Positions 62,700 through 64,000 of a DNA stretch of 64,000 bases are shown here, piece by piece (position 1 is the stretch's first letter; every line of letters begins with the position of its first letter). This DNA comes from Kondoa subrosea. Lineage: Eukaryota. Made by a program: the position numbers and the translations under genes. The notes beneath the pieces are model-generated. The model had not been told where the DNA came from. It worked only from the letters and a program-made list of their open reading frames with translations, and ran no database searches. The DNA is taken from contig BCIN01000001.1 in NCBI GenBank assembly GCA_039545335.1, positions 1,857,129-1,921,128 of the forward strand, given 5' to 3'.

Positions 62700-63726
62700 T
62701 CACCAGGTTGAAACGTCGCCGTTTCCGGTATCAGAGACGTCTTTATTTTCCCAGTATCGGCCAGACACGCCATTAATGTCGTCTAGCGCAAGTCGAACTG
62801 GAATTCGAGCGCCTTGTTCTGCAAGACATTGAGCCCTGATGCAAAGGACGACCATAGAAGTACCAACCTGGGGTCTTCTTGGGACTGCCGATGAGCCCTC
62901 CCATGTCAGTGGCTACCCATCCTACAATGAAAGACATTTGTCAGAAATGCATGAACTAACGAAAACGCGACTAACCTGGACAACAGCAATTAATCAGATA
63001 CTCAGGATTCTGACGGGCTAGAATAGCAGTGAAGGCATTGACAGCTGCTTTGGAGATGCAATAAGGCTTCTCGATTGGCCATCCGGTTTCTTTCTCCTTG
63101 CCATTTTTGAAAGCGTCCTGCACAAGTACAGAACATCTATAAGCGACGACGCAAATGAGGAAGAAATCCGTGAATTGATTCACCTCGTATTCCTTGACCA
63201 ATTCATCGAGATCCTCCAAAGTCATGTCCGTGAAGGCTCGTTTGAATCGATCTTGAATCGGTTTGCTGTATTGATTCAGCTTACAAGCGACCGAGGACAT
63301 GTTGACGATACGACCTCCTTTGTTCAATTTTGGCAGAGCTGAGCGGCACATGTTTAATGTCCCTCTGTAATTCGTGTCTAAAACGTTCATGTAAACTTCT
63401 GTAGTTTGCTTCTGACCAATCGACTGAGCGCCAGCGTTGTTGATCTAGCTGGGGTCATCAGCCAAGCTCTTCTGCCTCGCTTACTTGAAACTAACCAGCA
63501 CATCCAGCGAATCCAGCTTCGACAGGCATTGCTTGATAGATTGGGCATCACTGATATCCAGCTTGATACTCTTGACCTGACAATCTCCTTTGCTAGCAAC
63601 TCCAACATCCTCGCCTGATCGAGAAGCGGCATACACCACTAGAGGTTGAGAGCTGTCGACAAGAGCTTTCACGATGCCGAGCCCAATTCCTCGGTTTGCG
63701 CCTGTAACTAGAATAGTTCGTGACAT
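62700..63726 (-). CDS. Short-chain dehydrogenase, carbonyl reductase (CBR1)-like
   Basis: ILVTGANRGIG, INNAG, TNYRGT, IVNMSS, YCISK, INCCCPG|WVATDMG. Confidence 0.92.
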
Positions 63727-63842
63727 TCGAGCAATAGGTAAGCAGCGTTCAGAGCGATGTGGTGGATGTAGATCAAGAGTGAGGCGAATCGCGCGTAGGT
63801 CATCAATTACGCGCGGAGATCGCTTAGTGAACACAGACAGCC

Positions 63843-64000
63843 ATGAGTGCGGCAGCGAAGCAGATCGTGAAAGAGAATGTATGGGACTACCCGAGGCCTC
63901 CGCGCCTAGAGAAGACAGCAAGGCGACTCCGGGGTGTGTGCTGCAATCCGTAATCTACTTTCTTCAGATCTGATGTCTAAGTGTCTGATGACGCAGTATT
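63843..64000 (+). CDS. DUF427-family protein (5' part only)
   Basis: MSAAAKQIVKENVWDYPRPPRLE; the E.VWDYPRPP motif is characteristic of DUF427; truncated by the window end. Confidence 0.8.

Overview
Gene-dense, intron-rich eukaryotic DNA, almost certainly a compact basidiomycete fungal genome (inferred from ~50-60 nt GT-AG/GC-AG introns, a Fuz7/Ste7-type MAPKK and a CPL1/PriA-like secreted protein). I reconstructed about 33 genes or gene remnants by hand-splicing. Housekeeping genes: MYST acetyltransferase, KRE33/NAT10, CDC73, MPC1, ZNG1/CobW, SPB4, STE7, an L1-domain ribosome biogenesis factor, BZZ1, a Red1-like zinc finger, condensin BRN1 and ELP5. Enzymes and accessory genes: SGNH/CE16 esterase, GH26, GH5 EGCrP-like glycosidase, MFS transporter, AflX/OrdB-like oxidoreductase and an SDR. 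No rRNA, tRNA, CRISPR array or intact transposon was recognised. Most notable: (1) an apparent fungal Mediator Med25/PFT1 homolog with vWA, Q-rich and ACID-like domains; (2) an unusually long, multi-hairpin putative 5'-UTR intron in KRE33 whose stem encloses the 5' splice site and which carries an 8-nt copy of the 18S helix-34 acetylation site; (3) a STYX ortholog that retains the catalytic Cys; (4) an intronless AflX/OrdB-like gene, a horizontal transfer candidate; (5) two adjacent decaying genes at 16-19 kb; (6) 4-, 5- and 9-nt microexons; (7) recurrent local C-rich to G-rich skew switches independent of gene strand. All family calls come from motif recognition by eye, not database searches; gene ends are approximate where stated.
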